64,000 nucleotides of DNA. Origin: a virus. The notes below the pieces were generated by a model. It made no database searches, was not told where the DNA came from, and saw only the letters and a list, made by a program, of their open reading frames with translations. Position 1 is the stretch's first letter; each line of letters opens with the position of its first letter. Where the stretch lies: IMG/VR virus record IMGVR_UViG_2788500300_000002, positions 34,321 to 98,320 of that record; one strand, 5' to 3'. Below are positions 1-11,067 of this stretch, piece by piece. The translations under genes were made by a program, and so were the position numbers.

Positions 1-3000
1 CCGTCCCGCGGCTCGATAACGTTCCCTCAGTATCAGGGTGCGCCCATAACTATACATCTTGGGAAGGACGCCGACCGCTCTACTTTCGTGCATGAGTTCG
101 CGCATCTGTATTTCTGGCATCTGCGGAATCTGGCCTCGCTGGACACCGTGCAGAACACAGCGGCATGGGAGGGGCCGGAGGCGGAGTGGAACAGGGATTT
201 GAAGATTGTTTCGCGCTGGTGGGGCGAGAACGCGGAGAATATTGCGCGCCAGGCGGCGCAGTTCGTCGCTGAAGGCGAACGCGGCGGGCTTTCCGCTGAC
301 GGATTCCGAGAGTGGCTTTCTTCCGGTATGGAACGGAGAAGCGCAGCGGGAGCCGCCTACGACCGCGCGGCGCAGGAGTATTTCGCGCGCGGTTTCGAGC
401 GGTATCTCATGGAGGGGAAAACCCCCGCTAATTCCCGCGAGCTGCTTTCCGTGTTCCGGCGTTTTAAGAAGTGGCTCTGCGACATCTACAGGACGCTGAC
501 GGAGCTTGACGTGGAGCTGTCCGACGAGGTGCGCAGCGTGTTCGGCCGCATGGTGGCTGCGGACGAGGCCATAGAACAGCTTCGCGCGGAACGCCAAGTG
601 GACGCGGTCATGGCCGCGCGTCGCGAAGCCGCCGAGGCGGAGGCGCGCGAGACGGACGAGGCGAACTCCGCGTTTGCGCCTGTTCGCGAACCGGAACCGG
701 AATATGATATTGCTTACGACCCATACGAGGACGCTAAGGAAAATCTGCTTGGGCTGCTTTTTTCCGAAGATATGCCGGAGCGCAGGCGCGAGATGGCGGA
801 GCGCGCGGAAGAAATTCGCCCGCAGGTGCTTCAGGCCGTACTTGCCGAGCCCGGGTACAGGGCTTTGGCTATGATGGAACAGGCTCCTGAACTTCGCCTT
901 AATCCGGGCGCCGTCGTGGATATGTTCAGCGAGACGGTGCTTTCGGCTATGCCGGAAGGGAGTATCGCCGATGACGGCATGACTGACATTGAGTTCGCCG
1001 CGCGCAGCCTGAACTTCAAGAGCGCGCATGAGATGATAGACGCGATGGCGGGGCGGCGGACGATAAAGGAAGAGGTCGACGCGAGAGTGCGCGAGATAGT
1101 CGCGCGCGAGTTTACGGACACTTTTTCGTCGCCTGCGGCTATGGACGCCGCGGCGGAGGCCGCGCTTTACGAGAACGATGAGCATGGAGAGAGGCTCGCC
1201 GCGGAAGCGGAGGCGAATTTCGACGACGCGCTCGAGCTTGCCGCGCGCGAGGAGGAGGCAGAAGCCGAGTTCCGCGCTATTTTCGAAGCGGACGAAGCAG
1301 CTAGGGTAGAAAACGAAGACCCCGTCTCGCGTACTAACGTAGTCAGGTGGATGCGCGCGCACGGACGGCCGCGTTATTCGTATGTGGCCCGCGAGATGGG
1401 GCAGGAGGACGCGCAGGCGCTATTGAAGCGTTACGGCCCTTCGTTTTTCTCAAAAGAAGGGCGCGGCCTCAACGACATAGCGCAGGAGCTCGACGGCATG
1501 GGCATCCGCGTCGGTGGAGAGGCGGGGCTTTTCAATCTGCTTATGTCGGAGGCGGTGCCGGAGTCGCCGCTTGACCTTGCACGCGAGGAGGGCCGCCGCG
1601 AGGTGATGGACGAGTACCGCACGAGATACAAGAAACACGTGGCTGGCCAGGAGCGCCGCGCTGCGCGCAACGCCGAAAGGATAAGGCGGATAGAGGCAAA
1701 GGCCGAGGAAAAAACGGGCAAGGCTAAAGCTCGTTACAAAGCCGCCGCGGAACGGCTCAAATCACAGATGAAGGAAAACCATGACAAGGCGGTCGCTCTG
1801 CGCAAGGAAATACGCGCGAGGTATCAGAAGCGAAAGACTGAGCTCGAAGAAAAGTACAAGGCTATGGGCGAACGACGCAGAGCTTCTTTCATCGAGCAGA
1901 AAAACAAAGACTGGACGCGCCGAGCTCTTAACCGTTATCTCAGCGGCTTCAGGACGCATATAGAGAAAAGCGTCAGCAGGAAAGGACTGCACGACGCCGC
2001 TAAGACCGCCGCACGCAATCAGGTCGCAGGGATGACTGTTCAGCAGCTTTACGACGTTACGGGCTGGGTGCGCGTCGAGAAAGATTCCAGAGCCGCGGCG
2101 GACCGTGCGCTTCGTAACTTCGATGAAAAGGCCTTCCGTGAGGCGCGGGAGAAGGAGCTCCATGCGCACGAGATGATTCGCGCGATGTACCGCGCACGCA
2201 GGCGCGCCGAGTATATACGCTCGCGGCTTGTGAAGTATTCGAACCGCAAGCAGAAGCAGACCTTCGGCATGATTCCCGAGTTTCTTTACCAGCTCGATAT
2301 GCTGCTGACGCGGTTCGATTTCACGAAGCGGACGAAGAAAGAGGTCGCGGCGCTTACTCCGAAGGACATCGTCCGGGAGGCGAAGTCTCTTTCTGAATTT
2401 ATAAAGGGGCAGACTGATGCCGGCGTACCGCTTATGATTCCCGACTGGATAGCTCAGAGCGAGTCTCAGATGAAGTACGAAGGGCTTTTCGTACATCAGC
2501 TTGAGAACGCTTTCAACGCCGTCCAGAACATCATGCAGACGGGGCGCGACGAGAAGAAGACTATCGCGCGCGCGAAGAATCTGGAACTTTCGGGAATTGA
2601 GGCGGCGGTGGTCGAGCGGGCGCAGGGGTATTTCGGCAAGGATAAGGTCGACGGCGACACTCATATCAAAGTCGCGCGCAAGGATCCGAACGTAGCCGCG
2701 GATGTGCTGCTTGATTTGAATACCATCGAGGCTATGTGCCGCGGGCTGGACGGCTTCCAGGACGACGGGCCGATGCAGGATTTCTTTTTCCGTCCCGTGC
2801 GCGAGGCTGTGAGTCGCGAATATGCGGAGCTGAATCGTATGTTCGGCGAGTTCCGAAGCCTCAAGCTGCGCGTTTACGGCAAGGACTTCAAGGCCGATAT
2901 GACGCCGAAGGATATAGGCATTCACGAGTATAAGCGCGAGACCGACCGCGAGACGGGGAAGGTTTATCACGTTCCAACGAAGGAAAAGAGCTTTTTCACA

Positions 3001-4719
3001 CAGGAGAATATCATCTGCGCGGCGCTCAATATGGGCAACGCGGACAACCTGGCGCGCCTCAAGGACGGCTGGGGCTGGACGGACGCGGATATAGAAAAGA
3101 TAAAAGAGCAGATGTCGCAGAAAGACTGGGAATATGTGCAGGGCGTCTGGGACTTGCTCGATACGATGTGGCCGAAGATTAAGAAGGTTCACGAGCTTAT
3201 GACCGGTATGACTATCGAGAAGGTCGAGGCTAAGCCGGTCGTCACTAAGTATGGTACCTTCAGAGGCGGGTATTATCCCATCGTCACGGACCTGCGCTAT
3301 TCGGAGACGGCGGCGGCGCAGAATGAGCGCGAGGAGGTCTTTGCTTCCGCGCCTTTGAATTTTGCCTCGAAGCATACGAAAAGCGGACACAGAAAGGCTA
3401 GAGCGGAGAATGTGCTTGGGCGACCGCCGCTGCTTTCGTTTTCGGTGCTGGACAACCATGTCGCCAACGTAATCCACGACTATGAGATGGCTTCGGTGCT
3501 GCGCGACGCCGGGAAGATCCTGCGGCTGGATAAGGTGAAGAGCGTCATTACGGCGGTCTACGGCGACAGGGGGTACAGGAATTTCAGGAAGTGGCTGAAC
3601 GACATAGCGGCGAATACGAAGAATAACGGCGTCGCTTCCGGCTCCGGGGACAGGATAGTCAACGGGATAAAGAGCAAGACGGCGATGTTCGCGCTGGGCG
3701 GCAACCTGGGCGGCGCTGTTTCGCAGCTTCTCGGGTATTTCCCGCTGGCGCACCGTATCGGCTTTGTTAATACGGCGCTCGCCATACTCGACGGGCTGAA
3801 CCCGGGCAGCAGGACTTACGACTTCGTGCGCGAGAAGTCCGCTTTTATGCGCGAGCAGATGGACGACGGCAACTCTGAAGTCCGTAAGCTGCGGCAGAAC
3901 TGGACGACTAACGACCACGGGATTTCCCGAGCGGCGGATATGTTCCTTTCAATATATCCGTTCTTCCAGAATATGTGCAATGTACCGGGATGGGCTCAGT
4001 GTTACAAGATAGGTCTGAAACGCTACCGCAGCGAGGCGAAGGCGGTCGCCTACGCGGATTCCGTGATACGGCAGACGCAGAGCGCTTCCACTATCGCGGA
4101 CCTGACTTCCTTCGAGCGCTCGGGGACTATTGGGCAGCTGACGACGATGTTTTATTCGTGGTTCCGCGTCATGTATCAGATGCAGAACGAGGCCGTCATG
4201 CGCGTGAAGTATGAGCACGGGATAAACCGCGTTAAGGACTTGGCGAGCTACGCCTTTTATATCCTTATCGCGCAGAGCGTTGCGGAGGCGCTGCTTCGCG
4301 GGAACGGCCCGGAGCCGGAGGATGGCGAGGACCCCATGTGGAGCTGGGCGAAGTGGACGACGGCTAGGGTATTGCTTTCGCCGCTTTCTACGGTTCCCTT
4401 CGCGAGGGAGTTTGGAAGCGCGATAGACAATAATTTCAAATTCGGCGTACAGCTCACTCCGGCGCAGGGCGGTCTCGACGCTTTGGCACGGCTGCTTAAG
4501 ATAGCGATGCGCCAAGGCGGTAACGCGCTTAGCGGCGAGGATATCGAATGGGGCGACGTGGCGGAAGGCGCGGCGACTGTCGCTGGCTACCGTTACGGCG
4601 TGCCGAACCGCAAGATGATCCAGGCGGCGAAGGCATTCTGGGCGTATTACGATGAGGAAGAGGCTATCCCGTGGGCCTATCTGATTTTAGGCGGCGGGTA
4701 TAAGCCGAAGGACGAATAG
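1..4719 (+). CDS. Giant phage virion/DNA-ejection-type protein (polyvalent-protein-like), 5'-truncated by the window edge
   Basis: Frame is open from base 1 (PSRGSITF...ADRSTFVHEFAH). HExxH motif, long coiled-coil middle, located just upstream of the tail fibres. Confidence 0.65.
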   Translation, partial: PSRGSITFPQYQGAPITIHLGKDADRSTFVHEFAHLYFWHLRNLASLDTVQNTAAWEGPEAEWNRDLKIVSRWWGENAENIARQAAQFVAEGERGGLSADGFREWLSSGMERRSAAGAAYDRAAQEYFARGFERYLMEGKTPANSRELLSVFRRFKKWLCDIYRTLTELDVELSDEVRSVFGRMVAADEAIEQLRAERQVDAVMAARREAAEAEARETDEANSAFAPVREPEPEYDIAYDPYEDAKENLLGLLFSEDMPERRREMAERAEEIRPQVLQAVLAEPGYRALAMMEQAPELRLNPGAVVDMFSETVLSAMPEGSIADDGMTDIEFAARSLNFKSAHEMIDAMAGRRTIKEEVDARVREIVAREFTDTFSSPAAMDAAAEAALYENDEHGERLAAEAEANFDDALELAAREEEAEAEFRAIFEADEAARVENEDPVSRTNVVRWMRAHGRPRYSYVAREMGQEDAQALLKRYGPSFFSKEGRGLNDIAQELDGMGIRVGGEAGLFNLLMSEAVPESPLDLAREEGRREVMDEYRTRYKKHVAGQERRAARNAERIRRIEAKAEEKTGKAKARYKAAAERLKSQMKENHDKAVALRKEIRARYQKRKTELEEKYKAMGERRRASFIEQKNKDWTRRALNRYLSGFRTHIEKSVSRKGLHDAAKTAARNQVAGMTVQQLYDVTGWVRVEKDSRAAADRALRNFDEKAFREAREKELHAHEMIRAMYRARRRAEYIRSRLVKYSNRKQKQTFGMIPEFLYQLDMLLTRFDFTKRTKKEVAALTPKDIVREAKSLSEFIKGQTDAGVPLMIPDWIAQSESQMKYEGLFVHQLENAFNAVQNIMQTGRDEKKTIARAKNLELSGIEAAVVERAQGYFGKDKVDGDTHIKVARKDPNVAADVLLDLNTIEAMCRGLDGFQDDGPMQDFFFRPVREAVSREYAELNRMFGEFRSLKLRVYGKDFKADMTPKDIGIHEYKRETDRETGKVYHVPTKEKSFFTQENIICAALNMGNADNLARLKDGWGWTDADIEKIKEQMSQKDWEYVQGVWDLLDTMWPKIKKVHELMTGMTIEKVEAKPVVTKYGTFRGGYYPIVTDLRYSETAAAQNEREEVFASAPLNFASKHTKSGHRKARAENVLGRPPLLSFSVLDNHVANVIHDYEMASVLRDAGKILRLDKVKSVITAVYGDRGYRNFRKWLNDIAANTKNNGVASGSGDRIVNGIKSKTAMFALGGNLGGAVSQLLGYFPLAHRIGFVNTALAILDGLNPGSRTYDFVREKSAFMREQMDDGNSEVRKLRQNWTTNDHGISRAADMFLSIYPFFQNMCNVPGWAQCYKIGLKRYRSEAKAVAYADSVIRQTQSASTIADLTSFERSGTIGQLTTMFYSWFRVMYQMQNEAVMRVKYEHGINRVKDLASYAFYILIAQSVAEALLRGNGPEPEDGEDPMWSWAKWTTARVLLSPLSTVPFAREFGSAIDNNFKFGVQLTPAQGGLDALARLLKIAMRQGGNALSGEDIEWGDVAEGAATVAGYRYGVPNRKMIQAAKAFWAYYDEEEAIPWAYLILGGGYKPKDE

Positions 4720-4776
4720 GAACGAAGCACTCCGCATCCTGCGGGGCGCTGTTTATATACGAAAGGAGCTGGTATC

Positions 4777-6381
<1,605 letters not shown>

Positions 6382-6442
6382 ACGGATACGCGCAAGCGTG
6401 TCCAAACATCAAAAAAAGAAAACCTGCAAGGAGGAAAACGAA

Positions 6443-6994
6443 ATGTCGGAAATAGACATAGGCGCGATATATCCGCTTCACAAGGGAACATGGAGCGAGA
6501 CGGAAGCATACGACTTCCTGGATATGGTGATCAAGGACGGCTCAAGCTACCTCTGCATCGCGGAAGACGGCGCGCCGGCGGGAACCGCCGTGACGAACAC
6601 GTCGTACTGGGGACAGATAGCGCAGAAGGGAGATACCGGAGCTCAGGGGCCTAAGGGAGACACCGGCGCGACCGGTCCGCAGGGTCCACAGGGACCTAAA
6701 GGTGCAACCGGAGCCACCGGCCCGCAGGGCCCCAGCGGCGTATATACTGGACCGCTGAAGCCTACGGCGAGTTATTGGCGGGGTGCCGCAATTAGCAGCA
6801 ATAAACCTGCCACGCCATTAGGTGGCACGTGGGTAGTTATATTCATTGGCGGTGTCGACTCGCCAGCGGGTATGGCTAATCCAACTGGTGTAAATGGACT
6901 AGCAAACGTACTCGCTGGCGGAACTACAATATCGAGTGTGTCTACTTCTGCACAGGTTTCAGCAAATAACTGGTTCTGTTGGCGTATTCAGTAA
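6443..6994 (+). CDS. Second short collagen-repeat tail fibre/tip protein
   Basis: RBS AAGGAGG before ATG 6443; G-X-Y repeats; AT-richer C-terminal tip. Confidence 0.7.
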   Translation: MSEIDIGAIYPLHKGTWSETEAYDFLDMVIKDGSSYLCIAEDGAPAGTAVTNTSYWGQIAQKGDTGAQGPKGDTGATGPQGPQGPKGATGATGPQGPSGVYTGPLKPTASYWRGAAISSNKPATPLGGTWVVIFIGGVDSPAGMANPTGVNGLANVLAGGTTISSVSTSAQVSANNWFCWRIQ

Positions 6995-7021
6995 TCAGCG
7001 TAGATGAAGGAGTGTCAATAA

Positions 7022-7687
7022 ATGCAGATAATCAAACGCACCATAGACAACAGCTACGTTATCGAAAAAAACGGTATGCCCTATCACGTCCCCAACGAAG
7101 GCGAGTTCGCCGAAGAGTGGGCCGAGATAAACGCATACGCCGAAGCACACCCCGACGAAGTGACGCTTGAAGAACCGTATGTCCCGACCGATGAAGAAAT
7201 CGCGGAAGCCGAGCGCGCGGCGGCAGAGCGTGAAGCCAACGCCGTCCTCGCCTCCAAATCCCGAGCGAACATGGTACAGACCATGAGCTTCACATCTTCG
7301 GAGTTTGCGCTGCTCGCCAAAGCCGAGCTCTTCCCCGTCTGGACGGTCGGCGAGACATATCCGCAGGGCCGAAGGATACAGCACGACGGCATAGTCTACG
7401 AAGTCGTTGTATCAGCTGGCGTGACGGCGCAGGAATACCAGCCGCCGAGCGGAGAGGGGATGCTTGCCGTCTACCGTCCGCTCTCCGTCGACCCCGAAAC
7501 AGGCACGGAATCGGACGGTACGCAGGACAATCCTTACGTTTATATCTACGGCATGGACGTGGAGAAAGACAGCTACTACAGCTACAACGACAGGCTTTAC
7601 AAGGCTGAGGCGGATATGCCGGCCTGCGTCTGGACGCCGGACACCGAAGGGCTTTGGCAGTGGACGGAGATAACGGAGACGGCGTAA
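7022..7687 (+). CDS. Putative tail fibre assembly/chaperone protein
   Basis: Follows the fibres with a good RBS; shares the ANxxxxxxxRxxxVQTMS segment with the ORF at 63520. Confidence 0.5.
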   Translation: MQIIKRTIDNSYVIEKNGMPYHVPNEGEFAEEWAEINAYAEAHPDEVTLEEPYVPTDEEIAEAERAAAEREANAVLASKSRANMVQTMSFTSSEFALLAKAELFPVWTVGETYPQGRRIQHDGIVYEVVVSAGVTAQEYQPPSGEGMLAVYRPLSVDPETGTESDGTQDNPYVYIYGMDVEKDSYYSYNDRLYKAEADMPACVWTPDTEGLWQWTEITETA

Positions 7688-7711
7688 AATAACGGCAAGG
7701 AGGCGGCTGCT

Positions 7712-7822
7712 GTGGATATGGGCGTTCATAAGAGCTTGAAAGAGCGTATTGCGGAATATGCGGACGAATATGTTTGGGAAGAGTGGGACACTGGCGAGCC
7801 TTGCGGTGGCGAAGTGCTGTAG
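7712..7822 (+). CDS. 36-aa peptide resembling the MazE/PemI antitoxin C-terminus
   Basis: RBS AAGGAGG at 7697-7703, GTG start; MDMGVHKSLKERIAEYADEYVWEEWDTGEPCGGEVL. Too short for the ORF track. Confidence 0.55.
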   Translation: MDMGVHKSLKERIAEYADEYVWEEWDTGEPCGGEVL

Positions 7823-7861
7823 GAAATGCGCCCGGTCCGCTGCGCAGTCATATAGAAAAAC

Positions 7862-7890
7862 AAAAGGCTCGGCACTGCGCCGGGCTTTTT
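7862..7890. terminator. Bidirectional intrinsic terminator
   Basis: AAAAGGCTCGGC-ACT-GCGCCGGGCTTTTT hairpin between convergent genes. Confidence 0.65.
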
Positions 7891-7908
7891 CTCTTCTTTT
7901 CTATGTGT

Positions 7909-8286
7909 CTATGCGTCGTGCTCCTTTATCCACGCGAGCAGATCTTCGTACTGTGCTTCGCCCGCTGCAAGCTTCAGGAATATGTCGGAGAGCTCCTGCT
8001 GTGTGTATCGCAGCTCTATACCGTTGATGGCGAGGAACACGAGCGTCGCGTGCGCCGCTATGCGTTTGTTGCCGTCGATGAAGGCGTGGTTTTTGACCAG
8101 GCCGAATCCGAGGCGCGCCGCCTTATGTACGAGCGTCGGATAAAGCTCCTCGGAGCCGAAGGAAGCAAATGGCGCGGCGAGGGCTGACTCAAGAAGCCCA
8201 TCGTCGCGCAGTCCGGCCTGTCCGCCGGTCTCGATTATAAGGTATTCGTGCAGGGCGAGTATCTGCCGCTTGCTCAGCGTCTTCAC
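7909..8286 (-). CDS. doc: Doc (death-on-curing)/Fic family toxin
   Basis: HAFIDGNKR motif; overlaps the stop codon of the upstream antitoxin gene. Confidence 0.9.
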   Translation of the reverse strand: MKTLSKRQILALHEYLIIETGGQAGLRDDGLLESALAAPFASFGSEELYPTLVHKAARLGFGLVKNHAFIDGNKRIAAHATLVFLAINGIELRYTQQELSDIFLKLAAGEAQYEDLLAWIKEHDA

Positions 8287-8534
8287 TTGGCGAGGACCTC
8301 GTAAGCTTCGCGGTTCTGCTCTATCAGGCGTTTGGAGATGCTCATAACGTCCTCGTCGGTGGCTTCCTGTATTTGCTCTGCCCGGCTGAACTCTATGACG
8401 ATATAGCGCGGCACGTTGTTCTTTAGAATGACAGCCGCGCCTTTTTCATCGACCATCCTCGCGACCTTTGAGAAATTCTGATTCGCTTCGGTTATAGAAA
8501 TAAGATTATCCGTGTTTACCATCATAGCCGTCAC
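8283..8534 (-). CDS. phd: Phd/YefM family antitoxin
   Basis: ISITEANQNFSKVARMVDE...VILKNN pattern; operonic with doc. Confidence 0.85.
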   Translation of the reverse strand: MTAMMVNTDNLISITEANQNFSKVARMVDEKGAAVILKNNVPRYIVIEFSRAEQIQEATDEDVMSISKRLIEQNREAYEVLAK

Positions 8535-8599
8535 ATCCTTTCAAGAAATATTATAGCTTAAATAGGAGAAATATAACCTATATAAAGGAGGCGTTTACA

Positions 8600-9154
8600 G
8601 TGAACGACTGGAAGCCTAACCAAAAAGTCGCGCAGTGGCGCAAACTCGCCGAATACTGGGGCCGTCAGACGGAATGTCCGGCGGCCCTTATTCTTGCCGT
8701 TATAGAGCAGGAATCCGGCGGAGACAAGGACGCCGTGCGCTATGAGCCGGAGTATGAGAAGAAATATAAAGCCAGATGCGAGGAGGTAGCGGCAGAAGCA
8801 GGCATAAGCGTTTCTCAGGCCGCTTCGAGCTACGGCCTTATGCAGCTTATGCTGCCGCTTGCCTGGGGATATATGAGCGAGGAACAGAGGCAGGGAAATG
8901 TAGTCGCCATAGTCTGTGATCCGGCGCAGAACGTCCGTTTCGGAGCGGCGCATCTCGGCGTGCTGCTTAAGAAAGAGCTGAACAGATATAACGACAACGT
9001 CAGCCGCGCGCTCGGACTGGAAAAAGAGATAGACGCCAGGATAATACGCGCTGTTGCCGGAAGGTACAACGGCGCCGGTAGTTCCTCGGATTACGCGAAA
9101 AACGTCTGTTCGCTGTGGCGGCGTTACGAAACATGGCTTAAAGAGGAGGTTTAA
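8600..9154 (+). CDS. Lytic transglycosylase (SLT family) endolysin
   Basis: AVIEQES catalytic Glu, SYGLMQL and RYNG motifs. Confidence 0.85.
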   Translation: MNDWKPNQKVAQWRKLAEYWGRQTECPAALILAVIEQESGGDKDAVRYEPEYEKKYKARCEEVAAEAGISVSQAASSYGLMQLMLPLAWGYMSEEQRQGNVVAIVCDPAQNVRFGAAHLGVLLKKELNRYNDNVSRALGLEKEIDARIIRAVAGRYNGAGSSSDYAKNVCSLWRRYETWLKEEV

Positions 9155-9155
9155 C

Positions 9156-9551
9156 ATGCAGGAAGCTATGGCTCACAGCACAAAGAATTTCAAGGTCACC
9201 GAGTTCGCCTGCAAGTGCGGCCGCTTCGAGTGTCTGCACTACGGGATAAAGCAGGAGCTTATAAACGCCGTGCAGAAACTGCGCGACCTTGCTGGTGTAG
9301 CGATATTCGTCAATTCGGGATACAGATGTCCGTGGTGGAACGAGAAAGTGGGCGGAGAGAAGAACAGCATGCACGTGAAGGGGCTCGCCGCGGATATATG
9401 GTGCGAGGAGCTTACGCCGGAGGAGCTGAAGAAATTTGCAGAGGAGATACCGGAGTTCGCGAACGGAGGCATAGGCATATACAACTGGGGCATCCACGTC
9501 GACGTGCGCGGACGCAGGGCCCGCTGGGACAGACGGACGAAGAGAAAATAA
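9156..9551 (+). CDS. Peptidase M15 family endolysin
   Basis: NFKVTEFACKCG, SGYRC..N, SMHVKGLAAD and IHVDVR motifs; RBS GAGGAGGT. Confidence 0.85.
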   Translation: MQEAMAHSTKNFKVTEFACKCGRFECLHYGIKQELINAVQKLRDLAGVAIFVNSGYRCPWWNEKVGGEKNSMHVKGLAADIWCEELTPEELKKFAEEIPEFANGGIGIYNWGIHVDVRGRRARWDRRTKRK

Positions 9552-9555
9552 GACG

Positions 9556-9900
9556 ATGAGCCAGCAGGAAATAAACGACTTCTTCGAGAGCTGCCGCCGC
9601 GTGTTTACTCTGTTGTTTCCTTTTCTGCTCGTCGGCATGGTGACGAGCTTGGTAGATTTTTTGCAGAAACACCTGGGGAGAGAACGCTTCAGGCTGACGA
9701 AGCTTATAGTCGGCGTTACGTCCGATATGTTCCTGGCCTTCGTCGTCACATGTCTGGGGCAGGAGTTGAAGATAGGCTCTTACGGAATTGCGGCGATGGT
9801 CGCAGTCGCTGTACATAAAGGCGGCGGCTGGATAGACAGAATCGTTGACCAGAGACTTGAGATAGGGAGGCGCGACTATGGAGAAAAAGACGAAGATTAG
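9556..9900 (+). CDS. Putative holin
   Basis: Small protein with 2-3 hydrophobic segments in the lysis cassette. Confidence 0.55.
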   Translation: MSQQEINDFFESCRRVFTLLFPFLLVGMVTSLVDFLQKHLGRERFRLTKLIVGVTSDMFLAFVVTCLGQELKIGSYGIAAMVAVAVHKGGGWIDRIVDQRLEIGRRDYGEKDED

Positions 9901-10129
9901 CAGGCTGTTCGGCTACCTCAACTCGCTGCCGTGGACGAAGCCGCTCGCGATACTCACGTGGGCGGCTATTATGCTCGTCTTCGTCCTATCGTGGGCGCTC
10001 GGACGCGACGTTCCGCCGAACGCTATGGAGCTCGGCATATACTTCGGCGGCGTGGTGTTCGCTGCCGCCGCGGGCAAGTCCGGCTACGAGGCCGTGAAGC
10101 GTCCGAGGGGGCCGCGCGATGAGCGTTAA
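9878..10129 (+). CDS. Putative holin/antiholin
   Basis: Two TM segments and a basic C-terminus, in the lysis cassette. Confidence 0.5.
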   Translation: MEKKTKISRLFGYLNSLPWTKPLAILTWAAIMLVFVLSWALGRDVPPNAMELGIYFGGVVFAAAAGKSGYEAVKRPRGPRDER

Positions 10130-10475
10130 GGACTTATTCAAAGAGCATGAGTGGCTGTGGATTGTAGCCGCACTTGCAATCTTTGTAGCTGGGGCTTTGT
10201 GCGCGGTGTGGACCAACGCGAGAAACGCCGGAGACATACGCGCGCCGGTAGAAGAGATTGCGGCTACGGAAGATGCGTCCCGGAAAATAAGCGAGACGAT
10301 AACCGAAGCCCAGAAGCAAAGAGACAGACTGCCGGAGGTTGTGAAGGATGCGAAAGAAAAAGCTGCTCAGAGCGTCAGCGCTGATACTGACGACGATATT
10401 GCTCGCCGCTGGAACGGCCTGCTCAGACGATACCGCAGCAGTCGAACTCAGACCGACGGGGTACAGTCTGACTGA
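10119..10475 (+). CDS. Putative i-spanin (Rz-like)
   Basis: N-terminal TM anchor followed by a helical periplasmic domain. Confidence 0.55.
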   Translation: MSVKDLFKEHEWLWIVAALAIFVAGALCAVWTNARNAGDIRAPVEEIAATEDASRKISETITEAQKQRDRLPEVVKDAKEKAAQSVSADTDDDIARRWNGLLRRYRSSRTQTDGVQSD

Positions 10476-10794
10476 GCCGTCGTATGTCGTGCCGGTACGA
10501 GACGGGCGCGACACTGTTGAGCTTATCGAGACGCAGGCGGTGGAGCTGACGGCGCTGCGCGAGTATCTCGCCGCGCAGAACGCAAGCCTTGAGCAAATAA
10601 CGAAGGAATTCAGCGTGCTGGAGGCCGCCGTAGCTGAGGAGCGCGCCGCGTGGACGGCAGAAGCTGAAAAGCTCTCGAAACAGAACCGGAGGCTTTCGTC
10701 TCCGTGGTCCGTCGGGTTCTTCGGCGGGTATGACCCGTTTAGGGATGAGGCCGTTTGCGGCGTTGGTGTTGTGTATTCGGTCATTAGGTTTTGA
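10348..10794 (+). CDS. Putative o-spanin lipoprotein (Rz1-like), overlapping the i-spanin
   Basis: Basic N-terminus, hydrophobic core and lipobox-like LAAGTAC; coiled coil. Confidence 0.55.
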   Translation: MRKKKLLRASALILTTILLAAGTACSDDTAAVELRPTGYSLTEPSYVVPVRDGRDTVELIETQAVELTALREYLAAQNASLEQITKEFSVLEAAVAEERAAWTAEAEKLSKQNRRLSSPWSVGFFGGYDPFRDEAVCGVGVVYSVIRF

Positions 10795-10803
10795 GGAAGC
10801 AGA

Positions 10804-10824
10804 CGGTAGACGAGCGGTAGACGA
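10804..10824 (+). repeat. Tandem CGGTAGACGA repeats, candidate integrase arm-type sites
   Basis: Two copies 11 bp apart next to the tRNA 3' end. Confidence 0.45.
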
Positions 10825-10827
10825 AAA

Positions 10828-10861
10828 AGAAAAAGGACTTTCGGAAAACTCCGAAAGTCCT
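10828..10861 (-). terminator. Intrinsic terminator downstream of tRNA-Val
   Basis: AGGACTTTCGGA-GTTT-TCCGAAAGTCCT followed by a T-run on the minus strand. Confidence 0.8.
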
Positions 10862-10871
10862 GTAATATCAA

Positions 10872-10946
10872 TGGTGGGCGATATTGGGTTCGAACCAACG
10901 ACTTCCACCGTGTGAAGGTGACACTCTACCGCTGAGTTAATCGCCC
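10872..10946 (-). tRNA. tRNA-Val (anticodon CAC)
   Basis: GGGCGATT...TTCACAC loop...GGTTCGAACCC...CACCA cloverleaf; upstream TTGAAA-17-TATAAT promoter. Confidence 0.95.
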
Positions 10947-11067
10947 GCCGCAACAGTTAGATATTATATCGGCAAAGACGTGATTTTTCAATAGCTTCGG
11001 TAAAAATTCCTGTGCGGGGGCGTATATGGTGCCGAAAAAAGTTATGCGCCGCCGCCTGGACATAGCG

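Noticed and set aside
1762-3918. 718-aa antisense ORF (also 46486-48237, 57999-59054, 41472-42395)
   Set aside because: Shadow ORFs typical of GC-rich genes, with no RBS, promoter or recognisable domain, unlike the intein antisense ORF.
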